The position numbers and the translations under genes are program-made. Shown here in pieces: positions 19,745 through 29,994 of a DNA stretch of 64,000 nucleotides. The stretch lies in the sequence record PV390659.2; one strand, written 5' to 3'. Each line of letters opens with the position of its first letter. Position 1 is the stretch's first letter. The notes below the pieces were generated by a model. It was not told where the DNA came from and did no database searches. It saw nothing but the letters and a program-made list of their open reading frames with translations. This DNA is from Escherichia phage vB_EcoM_P8.

Positions 19745-20704
19745 ATGATTACTGTAAATGAAAAAGAACACATTCTTGAACAGAAATATCGTCCATCTAC
19801 TATCGATGAATGTATTCTTCCCGCCTTTGATAAAGAAACCTTTAAATCTATTACAAGTAAAGGTAAGATTCCACATATTATTCTTCATTCTCCTTCTCCA
19901 GGAACAGGTAAAACAACCGTAGCAAAAGCATTGTGCCATGATGTAAATGCTGATATGATGTTTGTGAATGGGTCAGATTGTAAAATTGATTTCGTTCGCG
20001 GTCCTTTGACTAATTTTGCTAGTGCAGCTTCATTTGATGGTCGTCAAAAAGTAATTGTTATTGATGAATTTGACCGTTCAGGATTAGCAGAGTCTCAGCG
20101 ACATCTTCGTTCCTTTATGGAAGCTTATAGTTCAAACTGTAGTATTATTATTACTGCTAACAATATTGATGGTATTATTAAACCGCTTCAGTCACGCTGC
20201 CGAGTTATTACGTTCGGTCAACCGACCGATGAAGATAAAATTGAAATGATGAAGCAGATGATTCGTCGATTGACTGAAATCTGCAAGCATGAAGGAATTG
20301 CTATAGCTGATATGAAAGTTGTAGCAGCTTTGGTTAAAAAGAATTTTCCTGATTTTCGTAAAACTATTGGTGAGCTCGATAGTTATTCGTCTAAAGGTGT
20401 TTTGGATGCTGGTATTTTATCACTGGTTACTAACGATCGTGGTGCTATTGATGATGTTCTTGAATCTCTCAAAAATAAAGATGTTAAACAACTCAGAGCT
20501 TTAGCACCAAAATATGCAGCTGATTATTCGTGGTTCGTAGGTAAACTTGCCGAAGAAATCTATACACGCGTAACTCCACAAAGTATTATTCGTATGTATG
20601 AAATTGTTGGTGAAAATAACCAGTATCATGGAATTGCGGCTAATACGGAATTACATTTAGCATATCTTTTCATTCAATTGGCATGCGAAATGCAGTGGAA
20701 GTGA
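19745..20704 (+). CDS. 44: clamp loader large subunit gp44 (AAA+)
   Basis: 319 aa from ATG 19745 ([11 protein letters not shown]..), Walker A GTGKTT. Confidence 0.9.
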   Translation: MITVNEKEHILEQKYRPSTIDECILPAFDKETFKSITSKGKIPHIILHSPSPGTGKTTVAKALCHDVNADMMFVNGSDCKIDFVRGPLTNFASAASFDGRQKVIVIDEFDRSGLAESQRHLRSFMEAYSSNCSIIITANNIDGIIKPLQSRCRVITFGQPTDEDKIEMMKQMIRRLTEICKHEGIAIADMKVVAALVKKNFPDFRKTIGELDSYSSKGVLDAGILSLVTNDRGAIDDVLESLKNKDVKQLRALAPKYAADYSWFVGKLAEEIYTRVTPQSIIRMYEIVGENNQYHGIAANTELHLAYLFIQLACEMQWK

Positions 20705-20705
20705 T

Positions 20706-21269
20706 ATGAGCTTATTTGAAGATGATATTCAATTAAACGAGCATCAAGTTGCTTGGTATTCAAAAGATTGGACAGCTGTCCAATCTTCTGCTGATTCTTT
20801 TAAAGAAAAAGCTGAAAATGAGTTTTTTGAAATAATTGGAGCTATTAATAATAAAACTAAATGCTCTATTGCTCAAAAAGATTATTCAAAATACATGGTT
20901 GAGAATGCATTATCACAATTTCCTGAATGCATGCCAGCTGTATATGCTATGAATTTAATTGGATCAGGTTTAAGCGATGAAGCCCATTTTAATTATCTGA
21001 TGGCTGCTGTTCCTCGGGGTAAAAGATATGGTAAATGGGCAAAACTGGTTGAAGATTCTACCGAAGTATTGATTATTAAGTTACTTGCTAAGCGGTATCA
21101 AGTTAATACAAATGATGCAATTAACTATAAATCAATTCTTACTAAAAATGGAAAACTTCCTTTAGTATTAAAAGAACTAAAAGGTTTAGTCACGGATGAT
21201 TTTTTGAAAGAAGTGACTAAGAACGTAAAAGAACAGAAACAACTTAAAAAACTAGCATTGGAATGGTAA
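20706..21269 (+). CDS. 62: clamp loader small subunit gp62
   Basis: 187 aa, position after 44. Confidence 0.9.
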   Translation: MSLFEDDIQLNEHQVAWYSKDWTAVQSSADSFKEKAENEFFEIIGAINNKTKCSIAQKDYSKYMVENALSQFPECMPAVYAMNLIGSGLSDEAHFNYLMAAVPRGKRYGKWAKLVEDSTEVLIIKLLAKRYQVNTNDAINYKSILTKNGKLPLVLKELKGLVTDDFLKEVTKNVKEQKQLKKLALEW

Positions 21270-21270
21270 A

Positions 21271-21639
21271 ATGATTGAAATTACTCTTAAAAAACCTGAA
21301 GATTTTCTGAAAGTAAAAGAAACCTTGACTCGTATGGGAATTGCTAATAATAAAGATAAAGTTCTGTATCAGTCCTGCCACATTCTTCAGAAAAAAGGAC
21401 TATACTATATCGTTCATTTTAAAGAAATGCTTCGTATGGATGGTCGCCAAGTTGAAATGACAGAAGAAGATGAAGTTCGTCGTGATTCGATTGCATGGCT
21501 GTTAGAAGATTGGGGATTGATTGAAATCGTTCCTGGTCAAAGAACTTTTATGAAAGATTTAACTAATAACTTCCGAGTTATTTCTTTTAAACAAAAACAT
21601 GAATGGAAACTCGTTCCTAAATATACGATTGGAAATTAA
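21271..21639 (+). CDS. regA: translational repressor RegA
   Basis: 122 aa, matches remembered T4 RegA. Confidence 0.9.
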   Translation: MIEITLKKPEDFLKVKETLTRMGIANNKDKVLYQSCHILQKKGLYYIVHFKEMLRMDGRQVEMTEEDEVRRDSIAWLLEDWGLIEIVPGQRTFMKDLTNNFRVISFKQKHEWKLVPKYTIGN

Positions 21640-21641
21640 GC

Positions 21642-21661
21642 AAGGGGCTTCGGCCCCTTAT
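21642..21661 (+). terminator. terminator hairpin AAGGGGC-UUCG-GCCCCUU
   Basis: perfect stem and UUCG loop after regA. Confidence 0.6.
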
Positions 21662-21717
21662 TTGGAGTATAATATATCAAGAGCCTAATAACTCGGGCTA
21701 TAAACTAAGGAATATCT

Positions 21718-24414
21718 ATGAAAGAATTTTATATCTCTATCGAAACAGTCGGAAATAACATTGTTGAGCGTTACATTGATGAAAACGGAAAGGAACGTAC
21801 TCGTGAAGTAGAATATCTTCCGACTATGTTTAGGCATTGTAAGGAAGAGTCAAAATACAAAGACATTTATGGTAAAAATTGCGCTCCTCAAAAATTTCCA
21901 TCAATGAAAGATGCACGAGACTGGATGAAGCGAATGGAAGACATCGGTCTCGAAGCTCTCGGTATGAACGATTTTAAACTCACTTATATCAGTGATACAT
22001 ATGGTTCAGAAATTGTTTATGACCGAAAATTTGTTCGTGTAGCTAACTGTGACATTGAGGTTACTGGCGATAAATTTCCTGACCCAATGAAAGCAGAATA
22101 TGAAATTGATGCTATCACTCATTATGATTCAATTGACGACCGTTTTTACGTTTTTGATTTGTTGAATTCAATGTATGGTTCAGTATCAAAATGGGATGCA
22201 AAGTTAGCTGCTAAGCTTGACTGTGAAGGTGGTGATGAAGTTCCTCAAGAAATTCTTGACCGAGTAATTTATATGCCATTTGATAATGAGCGTGATATGC
22301 TCATGGAATATATTAATCTCTGGGAACAGAAACGACCTGCTATTTTTACCGGTTGGAATATTGAGGGATTTGACGTTCCGTATATCATGAATCGTGTTAA
22401 AATGGTTCTCGGCGAACGTAGTATGAAACGCTTCTCTCCAATCGGTCGAGTAAAATCTAAATTAATTCAAAATATGTACGGTAGCAAAGAAATTTATTCT
22501 ATTGATGGCGTATCTATTCTTGATTATTTAGATTTGTATAAGAAATTCGCATTTACTAATTTGCCGTCATTTTCTTTGGAATCAGTTGCTCAACATGAAA
22601 CCAAAAAAGGTAAATTACCATATGATGGTCCTATTAATAAACTTCGTGAGACTAATCATCAACGATACATTAGTTATAACATCATTGACGTAGAATCAGT
22701 TCAAGCAATTGATAAAATTCGTGGGTTTATCGATCTAGTTTTAAGTATGTCCTATTACGCTAAAATGCCTTTTTCTGGTGTAATGAGTCCTATTAAAACT
22801 TGGGATGCTATTATTTTTAACTCGTTGAAAAGTGAACATAAGGTTATTCCTCAACAAGGTTCACACGTTAAACAGAGTTTTCCGGGTGCATTTGTGTTTG
22901 AACCTAAACCGATTGCTCGTCGATACATTATGAGTTTTGACTTGACGTCTCTGTATCCTAGCATTATTCGTCAGGTTAACATTAGTCCTGAGACTATTCG
23001 TGGACAGTTTAAAGTTCATCCAATTCATGAATATATCGCAGGAACAGCTCCTAAGCCAAGTGATGAGTATTCATGTTCTCCGAATGGATGGATGTATGAT
23101 AAGCATCAAGAAGGTATCATTCCAAAGGAAATCGCTAAAGTATTTTTCCAGCGTAAATATTGGAAAAAGAAAATGTTCGCCGAAGAAATGAATGCCGAAG
23201 CTATTAAAAAGATTATTATGAAAGGTGCAGGGTCTTGTTCAACTAAACCAGAAGTTGAACGATATGTTAAGTTTAATGATGATTTCTTAAACGAATTATC
23301 GAATTACACCGAATCTGTTCTTAATAGTCTGATCGAAGAGTGCGAAAAAGCAGCTACACTTGCTAATACAAATCAGCTGAACCGTAAAATTCTTATTAAC
23401 AGTCTTTATGGTGCTCTTGGTAATATTCATTTCCGTTACTATGATTTGCGAAATGCTACTGCTATCACAATTTTTGGTCAAGTTGGTATTCAGTGGATTG
23501 CTCGTAAAATTAATGAATACCTGAATAAGGTGTGTGGAACTAATGGTGAAGATTTCATCGCAGCAGGTGATACTGATTCGGTATATGTTTGTGTAGATAA
23601 AGTAATTGAAAAAGTAGGTCTTGACCGCTTTAAAGAACAAAATGATTTAGTTGAATTCATGAATCAGTTTGGTAAGAAAAAGATGGAACCTATGATTGAT
23701 GTTGCATATCGTGAGTTATGTGATTATATGAATAACCGCGAGCATCTGATGCATATGGACCGTGAAGCTATTTCTTGTCCTCCGCTTGGTTCAAAGGGTG
23801 TCGGTGGATTTTGGAAAGCGAAAAAACGTTATGCTCTGAACGTTTATGATATGGAAGATAAGCGATTTGCTGAACCACATCTAAAAATCATGGGTATGGA
23901 AACTCAGCAGAGTTCAACACCAAAAGCAGTGCAAGAAGCTCTCGAAGAAAGTATTCGTCGTATTCTTCAGGAAGGTGAAGAGTCTGTCCAAGAATACTAT
24001 AAGAACTTTGAGAAAGAATATCGTCAACTTGACTATAAAGTTATTGCTGAAGTAAAAACCGCGAATGATATAGCGAAATATGATGATAAAGGTTGGCCAG
24101 GATTTAAATGTCCGTTCCACATTCGTGGGGTGCTAACTTATCGTCGAGCTGTTAGTGGTTTAGGTGTAGCTCCAATTTTGGATGGAAATAAGGTAATGGT
24201 TCTTCCATTACGTGAAGGAAATCCATTTGGTGACAAGTGCATTGCTTGGCCATCAGGCACAGAACTTCCAAAAGAAATTCGTTCTGATGTACTGTCTTGG
24301 ATTGACTACTCAACTTTGTTCCAAAAATCGTTTGTTAAACCGCTTGCGGGTATGTGTGAATCGGCAGGTATGGACTATGAGGAAAAAGCTTCGTTAGACT
24401 TCCTGTTTGGCTGA
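21718..24414 (+). CDS. 43: DNA polymerase gp43 (family B)
   Basis: 898 aa, matches remembered T4 gp43 including exo and pol motifs. Confidence 0.95.
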   Translation: MKEFYISIETVGNNIVERYIDENGKERTREVEYLPTMFRHCKEESKYKDIYGKNCAPQKFPSMKDARDWMKRMEDIGLEALGMNDFKLTYISDTYGSEIVYDRKFVRVANCDIEVTGDKFPDPMKAEYEIDAITHYDSIDDRFYVFDLLNSMYGSVSKWDAKLAAKLDCEGGDEVPQEILDRVIYMPFDNERDMLMEYINLWEQKRPAIFTGWNIEGFDVPYIMNRVKMVLGERSMKRFSPIGRVKSKLIQNMYGSKEIYSIDGVSILDYLDLYKKFAFTNLPSFSLESVAQHETKKGKLPYDGPINKLRETNHQRYISYNIIDVESVQAIDKIRGFIDLVLSMSYYAKMPFSGVMSPIKTWDAIIFNSLKSEHKVIPQQGSHVKQSFPGAFVFEPKPIARRYIMSFDLTSLYPSIIRQVNISPETIRGQFKVHPIHEYIAGTAPKPSDEYSCSPNGWMYDKHQEGIIPKEIAKVFFQRKYWKKKMFAEEMNAEAIKKIIMKGAGSCSTKPEVERYVKFNDDFLNELSNYTESVLNSLIEECEKAATLANTNQLNRKILINSLYGALGNIHFRYYDLRNATAITIFGQVGIQWIARKINEYLNKVCGTNGEDFIAAGDTDSVYVCVDKVIEKVGLDRFKEQNDLVEFMNQFGKKKMEPMIDVAYRELCDYMNNREHLMHMDREAISCPPLGSKGVGGFWKAKKRYALNVYDMEDKRFAEPHLKIMGMETQQSSTPKAVQEALEESIRRILQEGEESVQEYYKNFEKEYRQLDYKVIAEVKTANDIAKYDDKGWPGFKCPFHIRGVLTYRRAVSGLGVAPILDGNKVMVLPLREGNPFGDKCIAWPSGTELPKEIRSDVLSWIDYSTLFQKSFVKPLAGMCESAGMDYEEKASLDFLFG

Positions 24415-24427
24415 TAGAATAAATCTA

Positions 24428-24448
24428 GGGACCTCCGGGTCCCTTTTT
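24428..24448 (+). terminator. intrinsic terminator (GGGACC-UCCG-GGUCCC + T5)
   Basis: perfect 6-bp GC stem and T run after gene 43. Confidence 0.7.
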
Positions 24449-24531
24449 CATACAAGTAATATAAATCTATACTTAGGAAAAATAGATGATTCTGGACCTC
24501 TGGAATTCATTAAAAAATTTTTCACAAAATG

Positions 24532-24561
24532 GTTTACAAGACTGTTCCTCTGTGGTACTAT
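24532..24561 (+). promoter_or_regulatory. T4-type early promoter with A/T-rich upstream element
   Basis: gtttac 24532-24537, tactat 24556-24561; member of conserved cassette family (also 52529, 53045, 56171). Confidence 0.6.
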
Positions 24562-24595
24562 ACAACTATCAACCAATACAGATTTGGAGAATGAA

Positions 24596-24976
24596 ATGAA
24601 AATCGCTATTTTAGTTATTGCATTGGGTCTTACTGGTTGTGTAGCTCAAGGACCAGTAGTAAATCAGTCTGATGCAGGAAAAATTGTAAACTGTTCAAGC
24701 AAATTTTATAATCCTAACGTCAAGTGTTATAAAGAAGCTCCAAAACAGACAGTAGAAGAAATGCAGGCGAATTTTGACGAAGCTATTCGTCCAGATGAAT
24801 CTGCTCAAGCATATCGTAATTCAGATGTGATTACGCGTGAAGAAAAAATTGAAAACTACTGCGCTGAACTTTGGGCTAATTGGGCTAATAATTACCAATG
24901 GCGTACTGGTAAAAATGCTCCGATGGAGTATGTAGTAAATTCTTACAATTCATGCGTAAAAAATTTGACTAAGTGA
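24596..24976 (+). CDS. predicted lipoprotein (signal peptide with lipobox LTGC)
   Basis: ATG 24596 after GGAG; MKIAILVIALGLTGC; track ORF 24407..24976 is an N-terminal over-extension across the promoter. Confidence 0.55.
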   Translation: MKIAILVIALGLTGCVAQGPVVNQSDAGKIVNCSSKFYNPNVKCYKEAPKQTVEEMQANFDEAIRPDESAQAYRNSDVITREEKIENYCAELWANWANNYQWRTGKNAPMEYVVNSYNSCVKNLTK

Positions 24977-24982
24977 GGAAAC

Positions 24983-25234
24983 ATGGAAACTTTAGTAGCA
25001 GGTTCAATTTTTATGGTTTTAGTTTCAGGCGTGTTGGCTATTATTATATACATGCTTCCGTGGTTCATCGCCTTGATGCGTGGGTCAAAATCGACAGTAG
25101 GAATCTTTTTCACATCTTTACTGTTTAACTGGTCAATTATTGGTTGGTTTATTACATTTATTTGGTCAATTGCGGGTGAAACTAAAAAGTCAACACAGCC
25201 AAATCAAGTAATTATCATCAGAGAGAAGGAATGA
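24983..25234 (+). CDS. imm: immunity to superinfection membrane protein Imm
   Basis: 83 aa, two TM segments, matches remembered T4 Imm. Confidence 0.85.
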   Translation: METLVAGSIFMVLVSGVLAIIIYMLPWFIALMRGSKSTVGIFFTSLLFNWSIIGWFITFIWSIAGETKKSTQPNQVIIIREKE

Positions 25235-25380
25235 AAAGCAAAATTATAACAGTGTTGCTTTTAATCTTGATGATTATAATAAGTATATACTATAGTGTAA
25301 CGGTTCCTCTTATGATTCCAACTATTATTTTAGGTTGGGGTTTATTACTGTTACAAGTTAAATATGAATGTATCAATTGA
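25231..25380 (+). CDS. small membrane protein (49 aa)
   Basis: ATGA overlap with imm stop; entirely hydrophobic. Confidence 0.35.
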   Translation: MKSKIITVLLLILMIIISIYYSVTVPLMIPTIILGWGLLLLQVKYECIN

Positions 25381-25387
25381 GGTTTAA

Positions 25388-26128
25388 ATGATTAATGACT
25401 CTATGACAGTTGAAGAAATTCGTCTTCATTTGGGAATTGCATTAAAGGAAAAAGATTTTGTAATTGACAAAACCGGGGTTAAAACTATTGAAATTATTGG
25501 TGCATCATTTGTAGCAGATGAACCTTTTATTTTTGGTGCTCTTAATGATGAATACATTCAGCGTGAACTTGAATGGTATAAGTCTCAAAGTCTGTGTGTT
25601 AAAGATATTCCAGGTGAAACACCAAAGATTTGGCAGCAGGTAGCATCTTCTAAAGGCGAAATTAACTCGAATTATGGTTGGGCCATCTGGTCAGAAGATA
25701 ACTATGCTCAGTATGACATGTGTTTAGCTGAACTTGGTCAAAATCCTGATTCTCGACGTGGTATCATGATTTATACTCGTCCATCCATGCAGTTTGACTA
25801 CAATAAAGATGGTATGTCAGATTTCATGTGTACGAATACAGTACAGTACCTGATTCGTGATAAGAAAGTCAATGCAGTGGTTAATATGCGCTCAAATGAC
25901 GTAGTCTTCGGATTCCGTAATGATTATGCATGGCAAAAATACGTACTAGATAAATTAGTATCTGATTTGAATGCAGGTGATTCAACTCGTCAGTATAAAG
26001 CAGGTTCCATTATATGGAATGTCGGAAGCCTTCATGTGTATTCCCGTCATTTTTATTTGGTTGACCATTGGTGGAAAACTGGCGAAACTCATATTGCGAA
26101 AAAAGATTATAACGGTGAGTGGAAATGA
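25388..26128 (+). CDS. 42: dCMP hydroxymethylase gp42
   Basis: 246 aa, thymidylate-synthase-like. Confidence 0.9.
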   Translation: MINDSMTVEEIRLHLGIALKEKDFVIDKTGVKTIEIIGASFVADEPFIFGALNDEYIQRELEWYKSQSLCVKDIPGETPKIWQQVASSKGEINSNYGWAIWSEDNYAQYDMCLAELGQNPDSRRGIMIYTRPSMQFDYNKDGMSDFMCTNTVQYLIRDKKVNAVVNMRSNDVVFGFRNDYAWQKYVLDKLVSDLNAGDSTRQYKAGSIIWNVGSLHVYSRHFYLVDHWWKTGETHIAKKDYNGEWK

Positions 26129-26967
26129 TTCAATTCGTAATTCCAAGCTATCAGCGCGTAGGGGCAGTTTCTGCCCTTGATATGTTTCCGACTGATTATG
26201 AACCTCATATTGTAGTACGTGAACACGAAGAAAAAGCTTATTATGACGCTTACGGGTCTAGAGCTAAAATTATAACTATTCCTGATGATGTTAATGGAAT
26301 TGCTGGTACTCGTAAAGCAATTACTGATATGTATGCAGGTCAACGAATCTGGATGATCGATGATGATACTACTATTCGTATGAGTTCAATGCGAAAGAAA
26401 GATGATCGTCGCTGTGTAGATAAAATTAATCAGTTAACCCGTGAACAGTTCTATGAATTGATTCAATACGTTGAAGATGCTATGGATTGCGGGTATTATC
26501 ATGGTCATGCTCGCCTACCAATTTTTAAAATTACTTCATCTTGGGGTAATTATCGTGAAAATTCATATGGATTCACGAATACATGGTATGACCTTGGAAA
26601 ACTTACGACAGAACAAATTGGGTATGGAAAAATTGATTTGTGCGAAGATATGTATGCATTTCTCAATTTAATTAATCAAGGTTATCCGCATTTGGCCTTG
26701 TTCAAATATCTGGTTGTATCTGGAAAAGCACAAGCTCCCGGTGGATGCAGCTCAATTCGTAGTAATTCAAAACATAATAGAGCTCTCGAGCAAATCAATA
26801 GAGAGTTTCCAGAGCAAACTCGTTGGAAAACTTCTAATATTGAAAAACGAAAATCATTAGGTGAAGAAGACGAGCCATTAAAGGTTCTTCGCATGTGTGT
26901 TTCGCGCAAAGAAAAATCAGAAGCGTTTCATAAGTTTAATGCTATTCATCCAATAGCAGTTGATTAA
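26119..26967 (+). CDS. DNA glycosyltransferase (GT-A-like, DxD), probable beta-glucosyl-HMC-alpha-glucosyltransferase of T2/T6 type
   Basis: 280-282 aa in the slot held by 351-aa beta-gt in T4; IDDDTT motif. Confidence 0.55.
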   Translation: MEMIQFVIPSYQRVGAVSALDMFPTDYEPHIVVREHEEKAYYDAYGSRAKIITIPDDVNGIAGTRKAITDMYAGQRIWMIDDDTTIRMSSMRKKDDRRCVDKINQLTREQFYELIQYVEDAMDCGYYHGHARLPIFKITSSWGNYRENSYGFTNTWYDLGKLTTEQIGYGKIDLCEDMYAFLNLINQGYPHLALFKYLVVSGKAQAPGGCSSIRSNSKHNRALEQINREFPEQTRWKTSNIEKRKSLGEEDEPLKVLRMCVSRKEKSEAFHKFNAIHPIAVD

Positions 26968-27044
26968 TGCCTAAATTTATTGTGTTATAATTACCCTATC
27001 TTTAACCAGTGAGGAAAATATAATGATGCCTATGGAAAAAATGA

Positions 27045-28226
27045 ATGTCTATTGCAGATTTAAAATCCCGTTTGATTAAAGCTTCCACTTCTAAAATGAC
27101 TGCTGAACTGACTACATCTAAATTCTTTAATGAAAAGGATGTAATCCGTACAAAAATCCCAATGCTTAATATCGCTATTTCCGGTGCGATTGATGGTGGA
27201 ATGCAGTCTGGTTTAACTATTTTTGCAGGTCCTTCTAAACACTTTAAATCAAATATGTCTTTGACTATGGTTGCGGCGTATTTGAACAAATATCCTGATG
27301 CGGTTTGTTTATTCTATGATAGCGAATTTGGTATCACTCCAGCTTATTTGCGATCCATGGGAGTCGACCCGGAACGAGTAATTCATACACCAATTCAGTC
27401 AGTTGAACAGCTGAAAATTGATATGGTGAATCAGCTTGAAGCCATTGAGCGCGGTGAAAAGGTTATTGTATTCATCGACTCAATCGGTAATATGGCTTCT
27501 AAGAAAGAAACGGAAGATGCCTTGAATGAAAAATCTGTGGCAGATATGACTCGTGCTAAATCGCTGAAGTCATTATTCCGTATTGTTACTCCTTATTTTA
27601 GCATTAAAAATATTCCATGTGTTGCGGTTAACCATACAATTGAAACAATTGAAATGTTTAGTAAAACCGTGATGACAGGTGGTACAGGCGTAATGTATTC
27701 AGCTGATACTGTATTCATTATCGGTAAGCGTCAGATTAAAGATGGTTCTGATCTTCAGGGGTATCAATTTGTTCTAAATGTAGAAAAATCTCGTACCGTC
27801 AAAGAAAAAAGTAAATTCTTTATTGATGTTAAATTTGACGGTGGTATCGATCCTTATTCTGGATTGTTAGATATGGCTCTTGAATTAGGATTTGTAGTAA
27901 AACCTAAAAATGGTTGGTATGCTCGTGAATTTCTTGACGAAGAAACCGGCGAGATGATTCGCGAAGAAAAATCTTGGCGTGCAAAAGATACCAACTGTAC
28001 TACATTCTGGGGTCCTTTATTTAAGCATCAACCATTCCGAGATGCTATTAAACGCGCTTATCAGTTAGGTGCTATTGATAGTAATGAAATTGTTGAAGCT
28101 GAAGTTGATGAATTGATTAACTCAAAGGTTGAAAAATTTAAATCTCCAGAAAGTAAAAGTAAATCAGCAGCTGATTTAGAAACTGACCTAGAACAGTTAA
28201 GTGATATGGAAGAATTTAATGAATAA
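27045..28226 (+). CDS. uvsX: RecA-like recombinase UvsX
   Basis: 393 aa, matches remembered T4 UvsX. Confidence 0.95.
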   Translation: MSIADLKSRLIKASTSKMTAELTTSKFFNEKDVIRTKIPMLNIAISGAIDGGMQSGLTIFAGPSKHFKSNMSLTMVAAYLNKYPDAVCLFYDSEFGITPAYLRSMGVDPERVIHTPIQSVEQLKIDMVNQLEAIERGEKVIVFIDSIGNMASKKETEDALNEKSVADMTRAKSLKSLFRIVTPYFSIKNIPCVAVNHTIETIEMFSKTVMTGGTGVMYSADTVFIIGKRQIKDGSDLQGYQFVLNVEKSRTVKEKSKFFIDVKFDGGIDPYSGLLDMALELGFVVKPKNGWYAREFLDEETGEMIREEKSWRAKDTNCTTFWGPLFKHQPFRDAIKRAYQLGAIDSNEIVEAEVDELINSKVEKFKSPESKSKSAADLETDLEQLSDMEEFNE

Positions 28227-28557
28227 AGATGATTTAGATTTAGAAATTATCGATGAATCCCCCTCTTCGGAGGGGGAAGAAGAAAGAAAAGAACGTCTTT
28301 TTAATGAATCTCTTAAGATAATTAAATCTGCCATGGAAAATGTTATCCAGGAGATTGTCATTAAACTAGAAGATGGTTCTACACACATTGTGTATGTGAC
28401 AAAATTAGATTGGGTTGATGGAAAAGTCGTAATGGACTTTGCTGTTCTTGACCAAGAAAGAAAAGCTGAGTTAGCTCCTCATGTAGAAAAATGTATTACA
28501 ATGCAACTACAAGATGCATTTAATAAAAGGTCAAAGAAAAAATTTAAATTCTTTTAA
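28219..28557 (+). CDS. 40: head vertex assembly chaperone gp40
   Basis: ORF track 28201..28557; ATG 28219 overlaps uvsX stop; position as in T4. Confidence 0.65.
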   Translation: MNKDDLDLEIIDESPSSEGEEERKERLFNESLKIIKSAMENVIQEIVIKLEDGSTHIVYVTKLDWVDGKVVMDFAVLDQERKAELAPHVEKCITMQLQDAFNKRSKKKFKFF

Positions 28558-28566
28558 GGAGTAAGT

Positions 28567-29994
28567 GTGGTAGAAATTATTCTTTCTCATCTCATATTTG
28601 ATCAAGCTTATTTTTCAAAAGTTTGGCCATATATGGATTCAGAATATTTTGAAAGTGGTCCAGCTAAAAATACATTCAAATTAATTAAATCTCATGTCAA
28701 TGAGTACCATAGCGTTCCATCTATTAATGCGTTAAATGTTGCATTAGAAAATAGTTCATTTACTGAAACAGAATATTCTGGTGTAAAAACACTTATTTCA
28801 AAACTGGCCGATTCTCCGGAAGACCATAGCTGGTTAGTAAAAGAAACAGAAAAATATGTTCAGCAAAGGGCGATGTTTAACGCCACATCTAAAATAATTG
28901 AAATTCAAACCAATGCTGAGCTTCCTCCGGAAAAACGCAATAAGAAAATGCCAGATGTAGGTGCTATTCCTGACATCATGCGCCAAGCATTATCAATTTC
29001 ATTTGATAGTTACGTTGGTCATGATTGGATGGATGACTACGAAGCACGTTGGCTATCTTATATGAATAAAGCTCGTAAGGTTCCATTTAAACTCAAAATT
29101 CTAAATAAAATTACTAAAGGCGGAGCTGAGACTGGAACACTGAACGTTTTAATGGCTGGTGTTAACGTTGGTAAGTCATTAGGTCTGTGTTCATTGGCAG
29201 CAGATTATTTACAGCTCGGTCATAATGTTCTTTACATTTCAATGGAAATGGCAGAAGAAGTCTGTGCTAAACGTATTGATGCTAATATGCTTGACGTTTC
29301 TCTTGATGACATTGATGATGGGCATATTTCTTACGCTGAATATAAAGGAAAAATGGAAAAATGGCGTGAGAAATCTACTCTTGGACGTTTAATCGTTAAA
29401 CAGTATCCTACTGGTGGAGCAGACGCTAATACATTTCGTTCTCTTTTGAACGAATTGAAGCTCAAGAAGAATTTTGTTCCAACAATCATTATTGTCGACT
29501 ATCTAGGTATTTGTAAATCTTGTCGCATCAGAGTTTATTCAGAAAATAGTTACACAACTGTTAAAGCTATCGCAGAGGAATTGCGTGCTCTGGCTGTTGA
29601 AACCGAAACTGTTCTTTGGACTGCAGCGCAGGTTGGTAAGCAAGCTTGGGATTCTTCTGATGTTAACATGAGCGATATTGCAGAATCTGCCGGTCTTCCA
29701 GCAACAGCCGATTTTATGCTTGCGGTCATTGAAACCGAGGAGTTAGCAGCTGCTGAACAACAACTAATTAAGCAAATCAAATCACGATATGGTGATAAGA
29801 ATAAATGGAATAAGTTTTTGATGGGTGTTCAAAAAGGAAATCAGAAATGGGTAGAAATTGAACAAGATTCTACTCCAACTGAAGTGAACGAAGTAGCAGG
29901 TTCACAACAGATACAAGCTGAGCAGAATCGCTATCAAAGAAATGAATCTACTCGAGCCCAGTTAGATGCTTTGGCAAATGAATTAAAATTTTAG
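28567..29994 (+). CDS. 41: replicative helicase gp41 (DnaB-like)
   Basis: 475 aa, GTG start, Walker A GVNVGKS. Confidence 0.95.
   Translation: MVEIILSHLIFDQAYFSKVWPYMDSEYFESGPAKNTFKLIKSHVNEYHSVPSINALNVALENSSFTETEYSGVKTLISKLADSPEDHSWLVKETEKYVQQRAMFNATSKIIEIQTNAELPPEKRNKKMPDVGAIPDIMRQALSISFDSYVGHDWMDDYEARWLSYMNKARKVPFKLKILNKITKGGAETGTLNVLMAGVNVGKSLGLCSLAADYLQLGHNVLYISMEMAEEVCAKRIDANMLDVSLDDIDDGHISYAEYKGKMEKWREKSTLGRLIVKQYPTGGADANTFRSLLNELKLKKNFVPTIIIVDYLGICKSCRIRVYSENSYTTVKAIAEELRALAVETETVLWTAAQVGKQAWDSSDVNMSDIAESAGLPATADFMLAVIETEELAAAEQQLIKQIKSRYGDKNKWNKFLMGVQKGNQKWVEIEQDSTPTEVNEVAGSQQIQAEQNRYQRNESTRAQLDALANELKF

Noticed and set aside
19268-19939. Minus-strand ORFs 19268..19684 and 19718..19939 antisense to genes 45 and 44
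   Set aside because: Antisense to protein-coding genes I recognise with high confidence; typical AT-rich shadow frames
24407-24595. N-terminal 63 codons of track ORF 24407..24976
   Set aside because: This stretch covers the gene 43 terminator and an early promoter; the real start is the ATG at 24596 after a GGAG RBS
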